Below, one piece after another: positions 17,288 to 26,938 of a stretch of DNA of 29,429 nt (the first letter of the stretch is position 1; the number at the start of each line of letters is the position of its first letter). Where the stretch lies: positions 1 through 29,429 of the forward strand of contig JBDRNJ010000062.1 in assembly GCA_043811375.1 (NCBI GenBank), given 5' to 3'. The notes beneath the pieces are model-generated. The model was not told the DNA's origin, did no database searches, and worked only from the letters and a program-made list of their open reading frames with translations. The position numbers were made by a program, and so were the translations under genes. This stretch comes from a bacterium (lineage in GTDB: Bacteria > Zixibacteria > MSB-5A5 > GN15 > FEB-12).

Positions 17288-18010
17288 ATGATGCCACAAT
17301 ATAAACTCGACCTGCTGGCTGTCGGCTCCCATCCCGATGATGTTGAAGTCGGCGCCGGCGGGGTGCTGGCCGGCTTGACACGGAGCAGCAAAAAATGCGG
17401 TATTGTCGTTCTCACACAAGGTGAAATGGGCACCGGGGGCACACCCGAAATCAGGGCTCACGAAGTAGAGAAAGCGGCCGGTATTCTCGGTGCCGTGGTA
17501 GTTAAAACTTTTGACTGGGGCGACACCCGTCTCGATGACGACTATGACAAACGACAACAACTGGCAGCGGTGATCCGTGAAACTCAACCGGCGATCATCC
17601 TGGCGCCCTGTCCACTGGTCGGGCACGGACGCCGGCAATCGCACCCGGACCATGTAGCTGCCGGAGTGATAGCCATTAATGCCGCCAGCCTGGCCTCTCT
17701 CAAAAAAGCCGACCTGCCCGGTCAGCCACACCAGGCAAGACGGATCTTTCATTACTTTCTGCCGCCCGGCCTCTCCCCCACGTTTGTAGTGGACATCACC
17801 CCCCATTTTAAGCAGTGGCTTAAGGCACTGTCAGCCCATAAGTCGCAGTTTCTCAACCCGGAGAAAACCAGGGACTACCTCGAAACCATCACTGCCATGG
17901 CGCGTTCGTTCGGCTTGCAGGCAGGCTGCCGGTATGGTCAGGGATTCTATGCGGTTGAGCCGATACGGGTACACGACATCATGTCGCTGGTAGCCGAGCG
18001 GGGGGACTGA
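17288..18010 (+). CDS. bshB1: PIG-L family N-acetyl sugar deacetylase, BshB1-like
   Basis: SHPDDVE and HPDH metal motifs, LTQGEMGTGGTPEIR, FVVDIT, AHKSQF. Substrate assignment is by resemblance only. Confidence 0.75.
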   Translation: MMPQYKLDLLAVGSHPDDVEVGAGGVLAGLTRSSKKCGIVVLTQGEMGTGGTPEIRAHEVEKAAGILGAVVVKTFDWGDTRLDDDYDKRQQLAAVIRETQPAIILAPCPLVGHGRRQSHPDHVAAGVIAINAASLASLKKADLPGQPHQARRIFHYFLPPGLSPTFVVDITPHFKQWLKALSAHKSQFLNPEKTRDYLETITAMARSFGLQAGCRYGQGFYAVEPIRVHDIMSLVAERGD

Positions 18011-18096
18011 CGTGCGGCGATGTAGTCTACCGGCTTAGGGGTAAACCGCGATCAAAGATCGCGGCCACACCGGTCTGTGCAGAGATATATCAGGCG

Positions 18097-18163
18097 ATGT
18101 CGGGTTCACAGTTAGTCGAAACCACCCTTCGACAAGCTCAGGACAGGCAGGGGTTTCCGACAT
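18097..18163. repeat. REP-like palindromic element(s) between convergent genes
   Basis: CCCTTCGACAAGCTCAGGACAGGC (18125-18148) resembles a widespread REP-type repeat. It is nested in inverted repeats ATGTCGG/CCGACAT and GTCGAAACC/GGTTTCCGAC. Confidence 0.55.
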
Positions 18164-18165
18164 TG

Positions 18166-18211
18166 ACTTGTGGCCTAAGTGCCACTTGTGGCTTAAGTTC
18201 CACTTGTGGCT
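18166..18211. repeat. 18-bp tandem repeat, about 2.5 copies
   Basis: ACTTGTGGCCTAAGTGCC / ACTTGTGGCTTAAGTTCC / ACTTGTGGCT. Confidence 0.85.
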
Positions 18212-18216
18212 GGCTG

Positions 18217-18693
18217 TCAGTCTCGGGTTATCTTGAGAATCTCGTATTTGAGTATCCCGGCCGGGACGGTTATCTCAACCACATCACCCACTGCTTTACC
18301 CAGCAGCCCGGCTCCGATAGGGGACTTGACGGAGATGACGTCGTTGTCGACATCGGCTTCTTCCGAGGGGACAATAGTATAGAGGATTTCTTCGCCGTCT
18401 TTGACGTCTTTGACCAGCACCCTGGCAAAGAGATAAACCTTGTCGCTGGGGATCTGGTCGGTATCAACTATACGAACCCGGGTAAGCTTGTACTCCAGTT
18501 CGGAAATCTTACGTTCCAGGTGTTCCTGAGTTTCCTTGGCGGCATGGTACTCGGCGTTTTCCGATATATCGCCCATCTCGCGGGCGCGCTTGATCTCCGC
18601 CACCAGTATGGGGCGCTCCTCGCTCTTCAGGCGCCTGAGTTCGGCCTCCATTTTGAGGAGGCCTTCTTTTGACAGGTATATTGGTTCAGTCAT
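18217..18693 (-). CDS. greA: transcription elongation factor GreA
   Basis: AREMGDISENAEYHAAKE and ISVKSPIGAGLLGK motifs; 158 aa. Confidence 0.96.
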   Translation of the reverse strand: MTEPIYLSKEGLLKMEAELRRLKSEERPILVAEIKRAREMGDISENAEYHAAKETQEHLERKISELEYKLTRVRIVDTDQIPSDKVYLFARVLVKDVKDGEEILYTIVPSEEADVDNDVISVKSPIGAGLLGKAVGDVVEITVPAGILKYEILKITRD

Positions 18694-18711
18694 AACTATA
18701 GCTAAAGTAAT

Positions 18712-20109
18712 CTATTCTTTGCTTCCAGGCAAGACATCCCGGCTTCTTTGAGCATATCGGATGAATATGATTAATGAACAGAGCAGGCCGGGGAAAATCG
18801 GCTGCAGGCCGAACCAGAAGTCACCACTGTCAGTGCCGTACTGCGACAGAAACCACACCAGCGAGATACCGCCACTGAGCACAATGGATGCCATTGCCAT
18901 TCGTGGCGGCAGGCGACGCCGGCCGACAAACGAGAAAAATACCGGCAACAGCAGAGCCGGTGTGCCGATCGAGCCGAAGACATGCCAGATGTCCACCACC
19001 GAGCGGAAAAAGAGCGCGAGCAGTACCGCCAGCAGCGCCGACACAACCAGGCCCAGGCGAGTGTAGCGCATTATACCGGCGGCATCAAGTCGCCTCAGGC
19101 GACCGACAATGTCGTTGCCGAACGTTGTCGCCGCCAGAAAGGAATATGAGTCGACTGTTGACATAACGGTCGACAGCAGCGCCAGCGCGAAGAGACCCAT
19201 CAATCCCGCCGGTAGTATCTGCATCGCCAGGGCCGGGTAGGCTCCAATCGGGTCGGCCAGCGTCGGCAGGACTGCCCGAGCATACAGACCGCAGGAGGTA
19301 GTCAAAAAGTCAAACAAAGCCCAGCAGACTATGGAAATAAAAATCCCCCGCCGAGCTATACCAGCGTTCCGGGCGGCATAACATCGCTGGAAAAATGCCG
19401 GCTCAATCAACGTTGCCAGAGCAATAAAGTACCAGGTGGCAACGTACCACCCCGACCGGCCGCCATGCCAGGTAAGATGGTCTGCGGGCAGGGCTGAACG
19501 TAGAAAACCGAGACCGCCGCAGGCAACTCCCACAGCGATCAACAGCACCGCAAACCCGACAAACATAAGAGCGAATTGCAGCAGGTCGGTACGAACCACC
19601 GATGAAAACCCGCCCAGGTAGACGTAGCAGATAGAAAAGAACGTGCCCAGCACTATACCCACCCAGAACGGCCAACCGAACAGGTACTGGCACAGTACAC
19701 CCAGCATCAGGATATAAGCGGCGGGGATTGTCATCAGGTAGATTATTACCGAACCGGCTACCGCTGTCCTGGTATCATAAGCCTGAGCCAGACGATCAGG
19801 AATGGTAAGAACTTCCGACTCCCTGGCTTTCCGGGCCAGAAAAAGGGCAAACAGAAAAGCAGCCAGATAGTAGGGCACGCCAAATACCAGCCAGTTGGAC
19901 AGACCGTGATTGAAGCTGTATTCGCCGACACCCAGAATGCCGCCATACCAGGTCGACACCAGGCTGGCCACGAAAGCAGGCAGGGTGAGCGCCCGGCCGC
20001 CTATGATCAGTTCACCGGTGGTACTGCTTCCCTTCAGTCTCCGGGCCAGCCCCAGGTAAAGCAGGAGCGCCAGGTAAGCCAGGATCAGACCATAGTCAAC
20101 GAGATGCAC
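18712..20109 (-). CDS. sodium:solute symporter family protein, probable thiamine or thiamine-precursor transporter
   Basis: Many TM segments; GGR.L...F.ASLVSTW.GG, GGFSSVVRTD..Q, FFQRCYAAR, STVMSTVDS; second gene behind a TPP riboswitch. Confidence 0.88.
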   Translation of the reverse strand: MHLVDYGLILAYLALLLYLGLARRLKGSSTTGELIIGGRALTLPAFVASLVSTWYGGILGVGEYSFNHGLSNWLVFGVPYYLAAFLFALFLARKARESEVLTIPDRLAQAYDTRTAVAGSVIIYLMTIPAAYILMLGVLCQYLFGWPFWVGIVLGTFFSICYVYLGGFSSVVRTDLLQFALMFVGFAVLLIAVGVACGGLGFLRSALPADHLTWHGGRSGWYVATWYFIALATLIEPAFFQRCYAARNAGIARRGIFISIVCWALFDFLTTSCGLYARAVLPTLADPIGAYPALAMQILPAGLMGLFALALLSTVMSTVDSYSFLAATTFGNDIVGRLRRLDAAGIMRYTRLGLVVSALLAVLLALFFRSVVDIWHVFGSIGTPALLLPVFFSFVGRRRLPPRMAMASIVLSGGISLVWFLSQYGTDSGDFWFGLQPIFPGLLCSLIIFIRYAQRSRDVLPGSKE

Positions 20110-20118
20110 ACCGGACCT

Positions 20119-22611
20119 CTAAAACATTTGAAGTCTGGCTTGTGTATAGAAAGTCCGCTCCGCACCGACTATATATGCGTTCCAGGCATCAATGACCACC
20201 GATTCACCCGGCCGACGGGATGCATTCTGCAACGCCCAGCCGGAAGTCTCAAACTTCTCACCAAAGAGATTGTCCACCCGCATTGACAGTGTCAGACGTC
20301 CCACCCTCAGGAAATCGTCGATATTAACTGCCAATCCCACCGAAAATGTTGAATACGGATCGATAGCCAACTCCTCGATGTTGTACAGGTCTACATACTG
20401 CTTGCCGACGAACCGGCCGCGGCAGGTCAGACGGAGCCAGTGGTACCGGTAATCCAGCATCAGGTTACCCAGGTACGACGGAAACAGCGGTGTCGTCCTG
20501 TCGTCGTAGTCAACACAGACACTTTCATACAGCGTGATTGTATCCGGTGGCGCAATGGAATCGACGGAGTAGAACAGGGTAGTGTCATATTCGGTGATGC
20601 GGTTTCGGCTGAGAGCCAGGTTGCCGCTGATCGTAAGATCATCCACCGGCCGCACACTGCCGGTCAACTCTATCCCGGCATGAACCGAGCGATCCATAAA
20701 AATTGTAATCTCCCGCCAGTCAGCATCGTAGCCGCCTTCGAAGATGTTCTCATTCTCAAAGAGCATCCAGTAAAGGTTGACTCCCCACCGGTAACGATTG
20801 CCCCTGTGATCAAGTCCGATTTCAGCATCATAGACGCGCTCCTTTGCGACAGTCGGATCGCCAAACTCATAGAGCGTGTCGCCGTAATTGAACAGAATCT
20901 CCAACTGAGGGAACTTGTCCGGATCGTCTCCGTCGTAAATGGCGGCATCATCCGGCTCCCGCGACGAGAAGGCGAAACTGGTGTAGGCACTGGTTTGTTC
21001 ATCGAAAGTGTACGTCAAACCAACGCGCGGCGACAGGAAGAGCCAGTTGAGATCATACTGGTGGCCAAGAAAAGCACCCATTTTGGTTTGCTCGAAATCA
21101 TACTTCAGGTATTTCAGTTGCAAACTGGCTGTCACTACAACCTGCTCACCAAAGTGCCGGCTCTCGTTGGCAAAGAGCGAAGCTAAGTATTTCTCGCCGA
21201 AGTACTCGTAGTAGCGGTGACGGGGATCAATGCCGCCGGCCAGGTTCTCGGCCCAGACCACCTGGCCATAATGCTCAGACCGAAAGTAATACAGTGCGCC
21301 TCCAAAGGTAGCCCGGCCCTGTTGGTGATGCCAGTCCAGTCTCGGATTCCAACCATACTGCTGCTTGTTGGCCCATTTCTGACGCACCAGGTTGATCTCT
21401 GTCATGGTGGGATCCGACAGGAACGGCGGCGGTATATTGTATTCGTCGTAGTCGCAATCATCCTTAAACTGTTCATAGTAGCCCTTGCCCCGGATGTAGT
21501 ACAGGGTGTTCTTCAGAGTCAGCCGGTCGTTGATATCATAAGTGTGATGCAGTTCATAATGAGGCTGGTTGTAGGGGCCGGTCTGGTTCCCATAGGTAAA
21601 GGGATTGAAACGCCGGTTGGTTTTAAGAGAGTCCCGGCTGATGCCGTAATAGGCCAGGTGGTAGTTAACCGGTCCTCCATAAATGTTGAGAGTGGTCGTC
21701 ATGCGATGATCGAGACGCGACATGCTGAAGAAATAAGACCAGCTGTCAAACCAGGACTGTTGTCGGTACCCGTCCGAATACTGTTTGGAATATCGCCCCG
21801 AGACCGACCAGCGCCCGTCGACCAGCCCCGAGGAGAACGCCACCGACTGCTTGCGCATATCGCCGATATAGTTGCTGCCCTCATAAATGCCGCCAAAACC
21901 TGTGGTCAATGTCACCTGACGCGGCCGGGCAATGTCGCCGGAGGCTATGTTAATCGAGCCACCAAAAGAGGCATCACCGTACATCGACAGACCCACTCCA
22001 CGCTGGACCTGGATATCGGTCACTTCGGCGGCAAAATCGGGAATGTCGACAAAATAGGTGGCGTGATCCTCCGGGTCATTCAACGGTACCCCGTCGATAT
22101 AGACGGAGATTCGCTTGGAATTATAGCCGCGAATTTTGAACTCTACCTCGCCCAGGCCGCCACCGGTGTTGGAGAAGGCGTAGAAGTTGGGAGTGGACTC
22201 AAGCAACAGTGGTACGTCACCCATAGTGTAGTCGCGTTCGATTTCACTACCGGTGATATTGTCAAACGCCACCGGTGACAAGCCCCGCTCCGCTCTGCCG
22301 GCAGTCACCACAATCTTCTCCTGCGGGTAGTACATCAGTTCCAGAACTACCGTGTCCGGCAATTGTCCTCGACTGAACTGCCGGGAGCGGTAACCAATCG
22401 ATGAAAAGGTAATCCTCGTTACTCCGTCATCTGACTCCAGACGAAACGCGCCGTCCTCATCGGTTGAAGTACCGATACCACCGATGTTGGTAACGACCGA
22501 AACATCGGCCAGCGGCCGGTTCTGCCGGTCGGTTACCACACCGTCAAGCGGCGCCGCGACGACCACCGGAGCCGTCAGTAGCACCATTGTCAGGATTGCC
22601 AGCCATCTCAT
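20119..22611 (-). CDS. TonB-dependent receptor, probable thiamine uptake
   Basis: Signal peptide, N-terminal carboxypeptidase-regulatory-like domain, IVVTA TonB box region, IRG...RISVYIDGVPLNDPED plug, IQVQRGVG, DNLF, terminal Phe. Confidence 0.92.
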   Translation of the reverse strand: MRWLAILTMVLLTAPVVVAAPLDGVVTDRQNRPLADVSVVTNIGGIGTSTDEDGAFRLESDDGVTRITFSSIGYRSRQFSRGQLPDTVVLELMYYPQEKIVVTAGRAERGLSPVAFDNITGSEIERDYTMGDVPLLLESTPNFYAFSNTGGGLGEVEFKIRGYNSKRISVYIDGVPLNDPEDHATYFVDIPDFAAEVTDIQVQRGVGLSMYGDASFGGSINIASGDIARPRQVTLTTGFGGIYEGSNYIGDMRKQSVAFSSGLVDGRWSVSGRYSKQYSDGYRQQSWFDSWSYFFSMSRLDHRMTTTLNIYGGPVNYHLAYYGISRDSLKTNRRFNPFTYGNQTGPYNQPHYELHHTYDINDRLTLKNTLYYIRGKGYYEQFKDDCDYDEYNIPPPFLSDPTMTEINLVRQKWANKQQYGWNPRLDWHHQQGRATFGGALYYFRSEHYGQVVWAENLAGGIDPRHRYYEYFGEKYLASLFANESRHFGEQVVVTASLQLKYLKYDFEQTKMGAFLGHQYDLNWLFLSPRVGLTYTFDEQTSAYTSFAFSSREPDDAAIYDGDDPDKFPQLEILFNYGDTLYEFGDPTVAKERVYDAEIGLDHRGNRYRWGVNLYWMLFENENIFEGGYDADWREITIFMDRSVHAGIELTGSVRPVDDLTISGNLALSRNRITEYDTTLFYSVDSIAPPDTITLYESVCVDYDDRTTPLFPSYLGNLMLDYRYHWLRLTCRGRFVGKQYVDLYNIEELAIDPYSTFSVGLAVNIDDFLRVGRLTLSMRVDNLFGEKFETSGWALQNASRRPGESVVIDAWNAYIVGAERTFYTQARLQMF

Positions 22612-22711
22612 AACTGTACCCTCGGTTTAATGGTTTAGTACTACCATTTAGTTCCGTCCTGATTCGATGGGTATGTCTTTACAAAAAGGGCTAAAAGATA
22701 CATCCGTCATC

Positions 22712-22794
22712 TCCGTTTTCCTACGCCGGTATTACCCGGATCAGGTTTGGGGGTATGATCTCAGGCGGCTTTTTATTACGCCACCCCCAACGGA
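22712..22794 (-). ncRNA. TPP (thiamine pyrophosphate) riboswitch aptamer
   Basis: Minus strand UCCGUU-GGGGGUG...GCCUGAGA-UC-AUACCC-CCA-AACCUGAUCCGGGUAAUACCGGCGUAGGAA-AACGGA carries the hallmark motifs, with P1 UCCGUU/AACGGA. Confidence 0.96.
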
Positions 22795-22995
22795 ACTATG
22801 TCTTCAACAGCTATATACTTGATACGAAGAACCGGCGCAAGCAAAATCGTGTCAATGTGGCCGGAGGGCAAGCACTGCGTAGCCGGGTCATCCAACCTGT
22901 TACGGGCTCAACAGCACAAGATAAGAAGGACGTTGCCATCTCCGGTCTGTTTCGCTAAGTTGTGGTGGCGGGTTGCATAACAGCCGTCAACAGAC

Positions 22996-24882
22996 ATGAA
23001 AAAGAAGAGATCAACGAAGGCTAATCGCCGAAAAGAAGCACGCGAAAACAGTGCCGTCACTATCAGGCACCTGGGGATACTCCTGGCTGCGGGGGTTTTG
23101 CTGCGCGTCATCTATGATATTGGGTTGGCTGACAACATCTTCCTGGGAAATTACATTCTTGACAGCCTGGTCCTGCATTCCTGGGCGATGGACATACTGA
23201 ACGGCAGGACCGCCGACATCGCCTTCTTTCGCGCTCCCCTGTACCCTTATCTGCTGGCACTGGTGTACAAAACGTTTGGCGTTTCCCCATGGTCGGCGAT
23301 TCTATGCCAGAATCTGCTGGGGTTGCTGACGGCCGTAATCAGCTACTTCTTTGCGCGGAGGCTGTTTGGAAAAGGCGTCGCCTTTTGGGCGGCATTGCTC
23401 GTGGCGGTATACCCAACCCTCATCTATTTCGAGGGAGAGACAATGATTACCACTCTCGCGGTCTTCCTTTTCACGCTATCAGCCTTTCGTCTCTATATGG
23501 CGGTTGAGGAACCAACTGCGAAAAACGTGGTCAAAGCCGGTCTAATCCTGGGTGTGGCGGCAATCACACGACCCACTATTCTTCCTCTGGTAATCATCAT
23601 CCCGGTAGCCTTTCTGGCCAAATATGGAGTAAGGGCATTTACGGGGGGGGGGTGGATCAAGAGTTTGGTAATCGTTGCGGCCATGTTCATCCCGATCTTG
23701 CCTGTGACGTTCATCAATCTGGTCAAAGGAGGGGAATTCGTACTTATTTCCACTCAGGGTGGGGTCAACTTCTATATCGGGAACTCAAAGGACGCCGATG
23801 GCATCACTGTGGTCGCGCCGGGACCAAACCTGCGCATCGGACCCTATAATGACAATATCTGGACATCATCAATGGATGAAGCCGAGCGGCGTACCGGCAG
23901 GGAACTGTCGCAATCCGAGGTATCTTCTTTCTGGTTCCATCAGACATTTAGTGACATCACCGATGACGTCGGCCATGCAGCGCGGCTCTATCTCAAGAAG
24001 TTCTATCTCTTCTGGCATGGTCAGGAAATCTTCAACAACAAGTCACTGTACTATGCCGGAGAGTATAGTACACTGATGAAAGCATTGCTATGGAAGAAGG
24101 TAGTTAATTTCCCCTCAGGTACCCTGTTCCCTCTGATGTTTGCCGGTCTCTTTTTTGCGTTTCGGGACAGACGAGACGTTTTAATCCCCGCGCTGTACGT
24201 AATCATGTTCGCGCTGGTGGTTGCATTATTTTTTGTATGCGCACGGTTTCGACAACCCCTGATACCGTTTGCTATCATGCTGGCGGTGTATGGTACAGCG
24301 ACACTTGGGCGTCTTTTTAACCGGAGCCGCGGGCATTTCTTAATTGCATGCGGTGCCGTGGCGGTCATGACATTTGCACTTAATGCCGGTGGCACTGTCG
24401 AATCTAAGCAGAATCTCTCGCAGTTTCACGTAGGCGTTGGCAGCGTATATCTCAAGAGAAAGGATTACGCTAACGCTGTCACTCACCTCGAAAGATCTCT
24501 TCAGGTGTTACCTGATAACATGGGTGCCTACGATTTGCTGGGGCAGGCCTATCTGAATTCGCGTCAGATCAGGGAGGCCGAGGCAACGTACCTAAAAGCC
24601 AAGGAGATGTTCCCGACGTACGCACCATTCAACTTCAACCTGGGCCGCATTTCGCAAATGCGAAGTGAGCTAGACAAAGCCAAAGAGTACTATCATCTTA
24701 CGCTGGAATACGCCCCCGATTTTGCCTTGGGACTCGCGCAGCTGGGCAATGTCTTCGAGCAGCAGCAACAACTCGATTCAGCACTGTACTACTTCCGAAG
24801 GCTACAGCAAATGCAACCCCGCGATACCCGGTTGAAAGAGAAAATCGTAGAATTAGAGCGGGCACAAGACTCTGCGAATTAA
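22996..24882 (+). CDS. GT-C fold membrane glycosyltransferase (PMT/ArnT, GT39-like) with C-terminal TPR repeats
   Basis: LDS...SWA, FFRAPLYPYLLA, YFEG, GGVNFYIGN, ARFRQP, many TMs, TPR-like helices (AYDLLGQAY, FNLGRI, AQLGNVF). Confidence 0.85.
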   Translation: MKKKRSTKANRRKEARENSAVTIRHLGILLAAGVLLRVIYDIGLADNIFLGNYILDSLVLHSWAMDILNGRTADIAFFRAPLYPYLLALVYKTFGVSPWSAILCQNLLGLLTAVISYFFARRLFGKGVAFWAALLVAVYPTLIYFEGETMITTLAVFLFTLSAFRLYMAVEEPTAKNVVKAGLILGVAAITRPTILPLVIIIPVAFLAKYGVRAFTGGGWIKSLVIVAAMFIPILPVTFINLVKGGEFVLISTQGGVNFYIGNSKDADGITVVAPGPNLRIGPYNDNIWTSSMDEAERRTGRELSQSEVSSFWFHQTFSDITDDVGHAARLYLKKFYLFWHGQEIFNNKSLYYAGEYSTLMKALLWKKVVNFPSGTLFPLMFAGLFFAFRDRRDVLIPALYVIMFALVVALFFVCARFRQPLIPFAIMLAVYGTATLGRLFNRSRGHFLIACGAVAVMTFALNAGGTVESKQNLSQFHVGVGSVYLKRKDYANAVTHLERSLQVLPDNMGAYDLLGQAYLNSRQIREAEATYLKAKEMFPTYAPFNFNLGRISQMRSELDKAKEYYHLTLEYAPDFALGLAQLGNVFEQQQQLDSALYYFRRLQQMQPRDTRLKEKIVELERAQDSAN

Positions 24883-24911
24883 CACTCACACTTACATAAG
24901 AGACGCAAAAG

Positions 24912-26084
24912 ATGAATTTCCCCCGGATACAGGATTACTTGAAGCAAGCCGAGATCGATGGCTGGTTGCTGGCAGACTTTCACGGCCGCAACAGCGTGGC
25001 AGTGGCATTTCTGGGTTTGTCAGGTCTGGTCACCCGGCGGTCGTTTTACTTCATTCCGAGAGAGGGCACGCCCACCGGCCTGGTACATGCGGTAGAGAAA
25101 GATAAGTTCGACGGATTACCGGGCGAAATCAAAGCCTACTCCGGCTATCGAGAACTGGAGCGGGAACTGGCTGCCGCCCTATCGAACTGCACACGCGTTG
25201 CGATGGAGTACTCTCCAAAAGGACGTCTCCCCTACATCGGTCTGGTTGACGCCGGTACAGTGGAGTTGATCCGCAATCTTGGTGTTGAAATTGTTTCTTC
25301 CGCCGACCTGGTGGCCAGTTTCCAGGCCCGGCTCTCAGATGAACAGATCGCCGCCCACTATGATGCTGCCGAAAAAGTTTCGCAGGTAAAGGACAGTGCT
25401 TTCGCACACATAGCTATGGCACTGACTGAGAGCAAAAGCGTCACCGAGTACGACGTCACGCGGTTCATCCTCGATCAGTTTGAACAACTGGGCATGACCA
25501 CCGATCATCCGCCTATCTGCGCCATCGACGCCCATGCCGGCAACCCGCACTACGAACCGCAGGCAGACAAATCAGCCACAATCAAAAGAGGACAACTGAT
25601 CCTGATCGACCTCTGGGCCAAAGTCAATACCTCCAACGGCGTCTATGCCGACATCACCTGGATGGCTTATGCCGGACACCAAAACGAGATTCCTCAAAGA
25701 TACGTTGATATCTTTGCCATAGTAATGGCGGCTCGGGACAGAGCGGTTGCATTCTTGCGGGATAATCTCAGCCGGGACCCGGTGCGCGGGGCGCAGGTTG
25801 ATGATGCCTGCCGGGCGATTATTGAGAAAGCCGGTTTTGGCGACAGTTTCGTGCATCGAACCGGGCATTCTATCACCTCCGAAGGTCACGGCGCCGGCCC
25901 CAACATCGATAACCTTGAAACTGAGGACAAACGTCTGCTTCAACCGGGGCACCTGTTTTCGATTGAACCGGGTATCTACCTGTCTGACTGCGGCTTCCGT
26001 AGTGAGATTAACGTTCTGGTAACCGAGGACGGACCAGAAGTAACCACTCAGCCGGTCCAGACGGAAATCCTGCCTCTTTTCTGA
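24912..26084 (+). CDS. M24 family metallopeptidase (Xaa-Pro peptidase-like)
   Basis: Metal ligands LIDLW, YADIT, HRTGHS, SIEPGIY, RSE; GNPHY. Confidence 0.93.
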   Translation: MNFPRIQDYLKQAEIDGWLLADFHGRNSVAVAFLGLSGLVTRRSFYFIPREGTPTGLVHAVEKDKFDGLPGEIKAYSGYRELERELAAALSNCTRVAMEYSPKGRLPYIGLVDAGTVELIRNLGVEIVSSADLVASFQARLSDEQIAAHYDAAEKVSQVKDSAFAHIAMALTESKSVTEYDVTRFILDQFEQLGMTTDHPPICAIDAHAGNPHYEPQADKSATIKRGQLILIDLWAKVNTSNGVYADITWMAYAGHQNEIPQRYVDIFAIVMAARDRAVAFLRDNLSRDPVRGAQVDDACRAIIEKAGFGDSFVHRTGHSITSEGHGAGPNIDNLETEDKRLLQPGHLFSIEPGIYLSDCGFRSEINVLVTEDGPEVTTQPVQTEILPLF

Positions 26085-26085
26085 A

Positions 26086-26658
26086 ATGTACGTTACCGAA
26101 ACGATAATCGATTCGCTGTCTGAACTTTACGGAGTACCGCAGCGGGCGGAACTGACGTTTCCCGTGAGTCGAGACGAGTACGATCGCATCCGCGCTTCAC
26201 AGAAGAATGGTCGCCAACATGACTTCACCTTGTACATTGTCAAAGATCACCGGATCGTGGTTATCGCCAAGCACTTCTATCCTCCCGGACTTTACCGCGC
26301 CCCCTCGGGCGGCGCTCAACCGGGCGAGGAAATTCTTGATGCGATTCATCGCGAGGTAATGGAAGAAACCGGGTGTTATATCAAGCTGGAGAAGTTCCTG
26401 CTTCGCACTAAGGTAGTTTTTACCTGCTCTCCCTATGAAATAGCGTGGAACTCTTTTGTCCTGCAAGCCGCCTATATCTCCGGGGATTTTAAGTTCACTG
26501 ATCACCGTGAGATTCGGGAAGTCCGCCTGGCAGAGCCGGTTGACTTCCAGCAGTTCTCTGCTATTATGAGAAAATCGAACATCGGCGGTCTTCATTACCG
26601 TGCGGCCCTTCATGACCGAGTGAAAATTCTCATGAAGCTTCAGCCAACGTCATGGTAG
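26086..26658 (+). CDS. NUDIX hydrolase
   Basis: Nudix box GGAQPGEEILDAIHREVMEETG; starts 1 nt after the peptidase stop. Confidence 0.9.
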   Translation: MYVTETIIDSLSELYGVPQRAELTFPVSRDEYDRIRASQKNGRQHDFTLYIVKDHRIVVIAKHFYPPGLYRAPSGGAQPGEEILDAIHREVMEETGCYIKLEKFLLRTKVVFTCSPYEIAWNSFVLQAAYISGDFKFTDHREIREVRLAEPVDFQQFSAIMRKSNIGGLHYRAALHDRVKILMKLQPTSW

Positions 26659-26671
26659 CGATAGTTTTGGC

Positions 26672-26700
26672 TTGACTTAAGCGGTTCAACTTCATATATT
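26672..26700 (+). promoter_or_regulatory. sigma70-type promoter with ~230-nt leader before the TSP3 gene
   Basis: TTGACT (26672-26677) - 17 nt - TATATT (26695-26700). Confidence 0.6.
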
Positions 26701-26938
26701 TCCAAGTAAGTCTTAGGATTAAAGAGAGAGGTTCGTCACTGGTGCAGTACATCACCGGGAGCTAATTGCCAGACACAATAGCATTGGTTTTCATTACCTT
26801 CGAAGCGACACAAGTACACGCTGTCTAAAAGAACATTGGAAATCTGCACGTCTGCGTAGCCGGTGAGTGTCTCTCCACAATAGTGTTTGACATTACTATG
26901 CTCAGGTCCGTTAACCGTCACGACAGGAGGAATGTTTC

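Noticed and set aside
18166..18211. Mini-CRISPR
   Set aside because: Repeats are 18 nt and directly adjacent, with no spacers.
18097..18672. 191-aa plus-strand ORF
   Set aside because: Antisense shadow of greA that begins in the repeat cluster.
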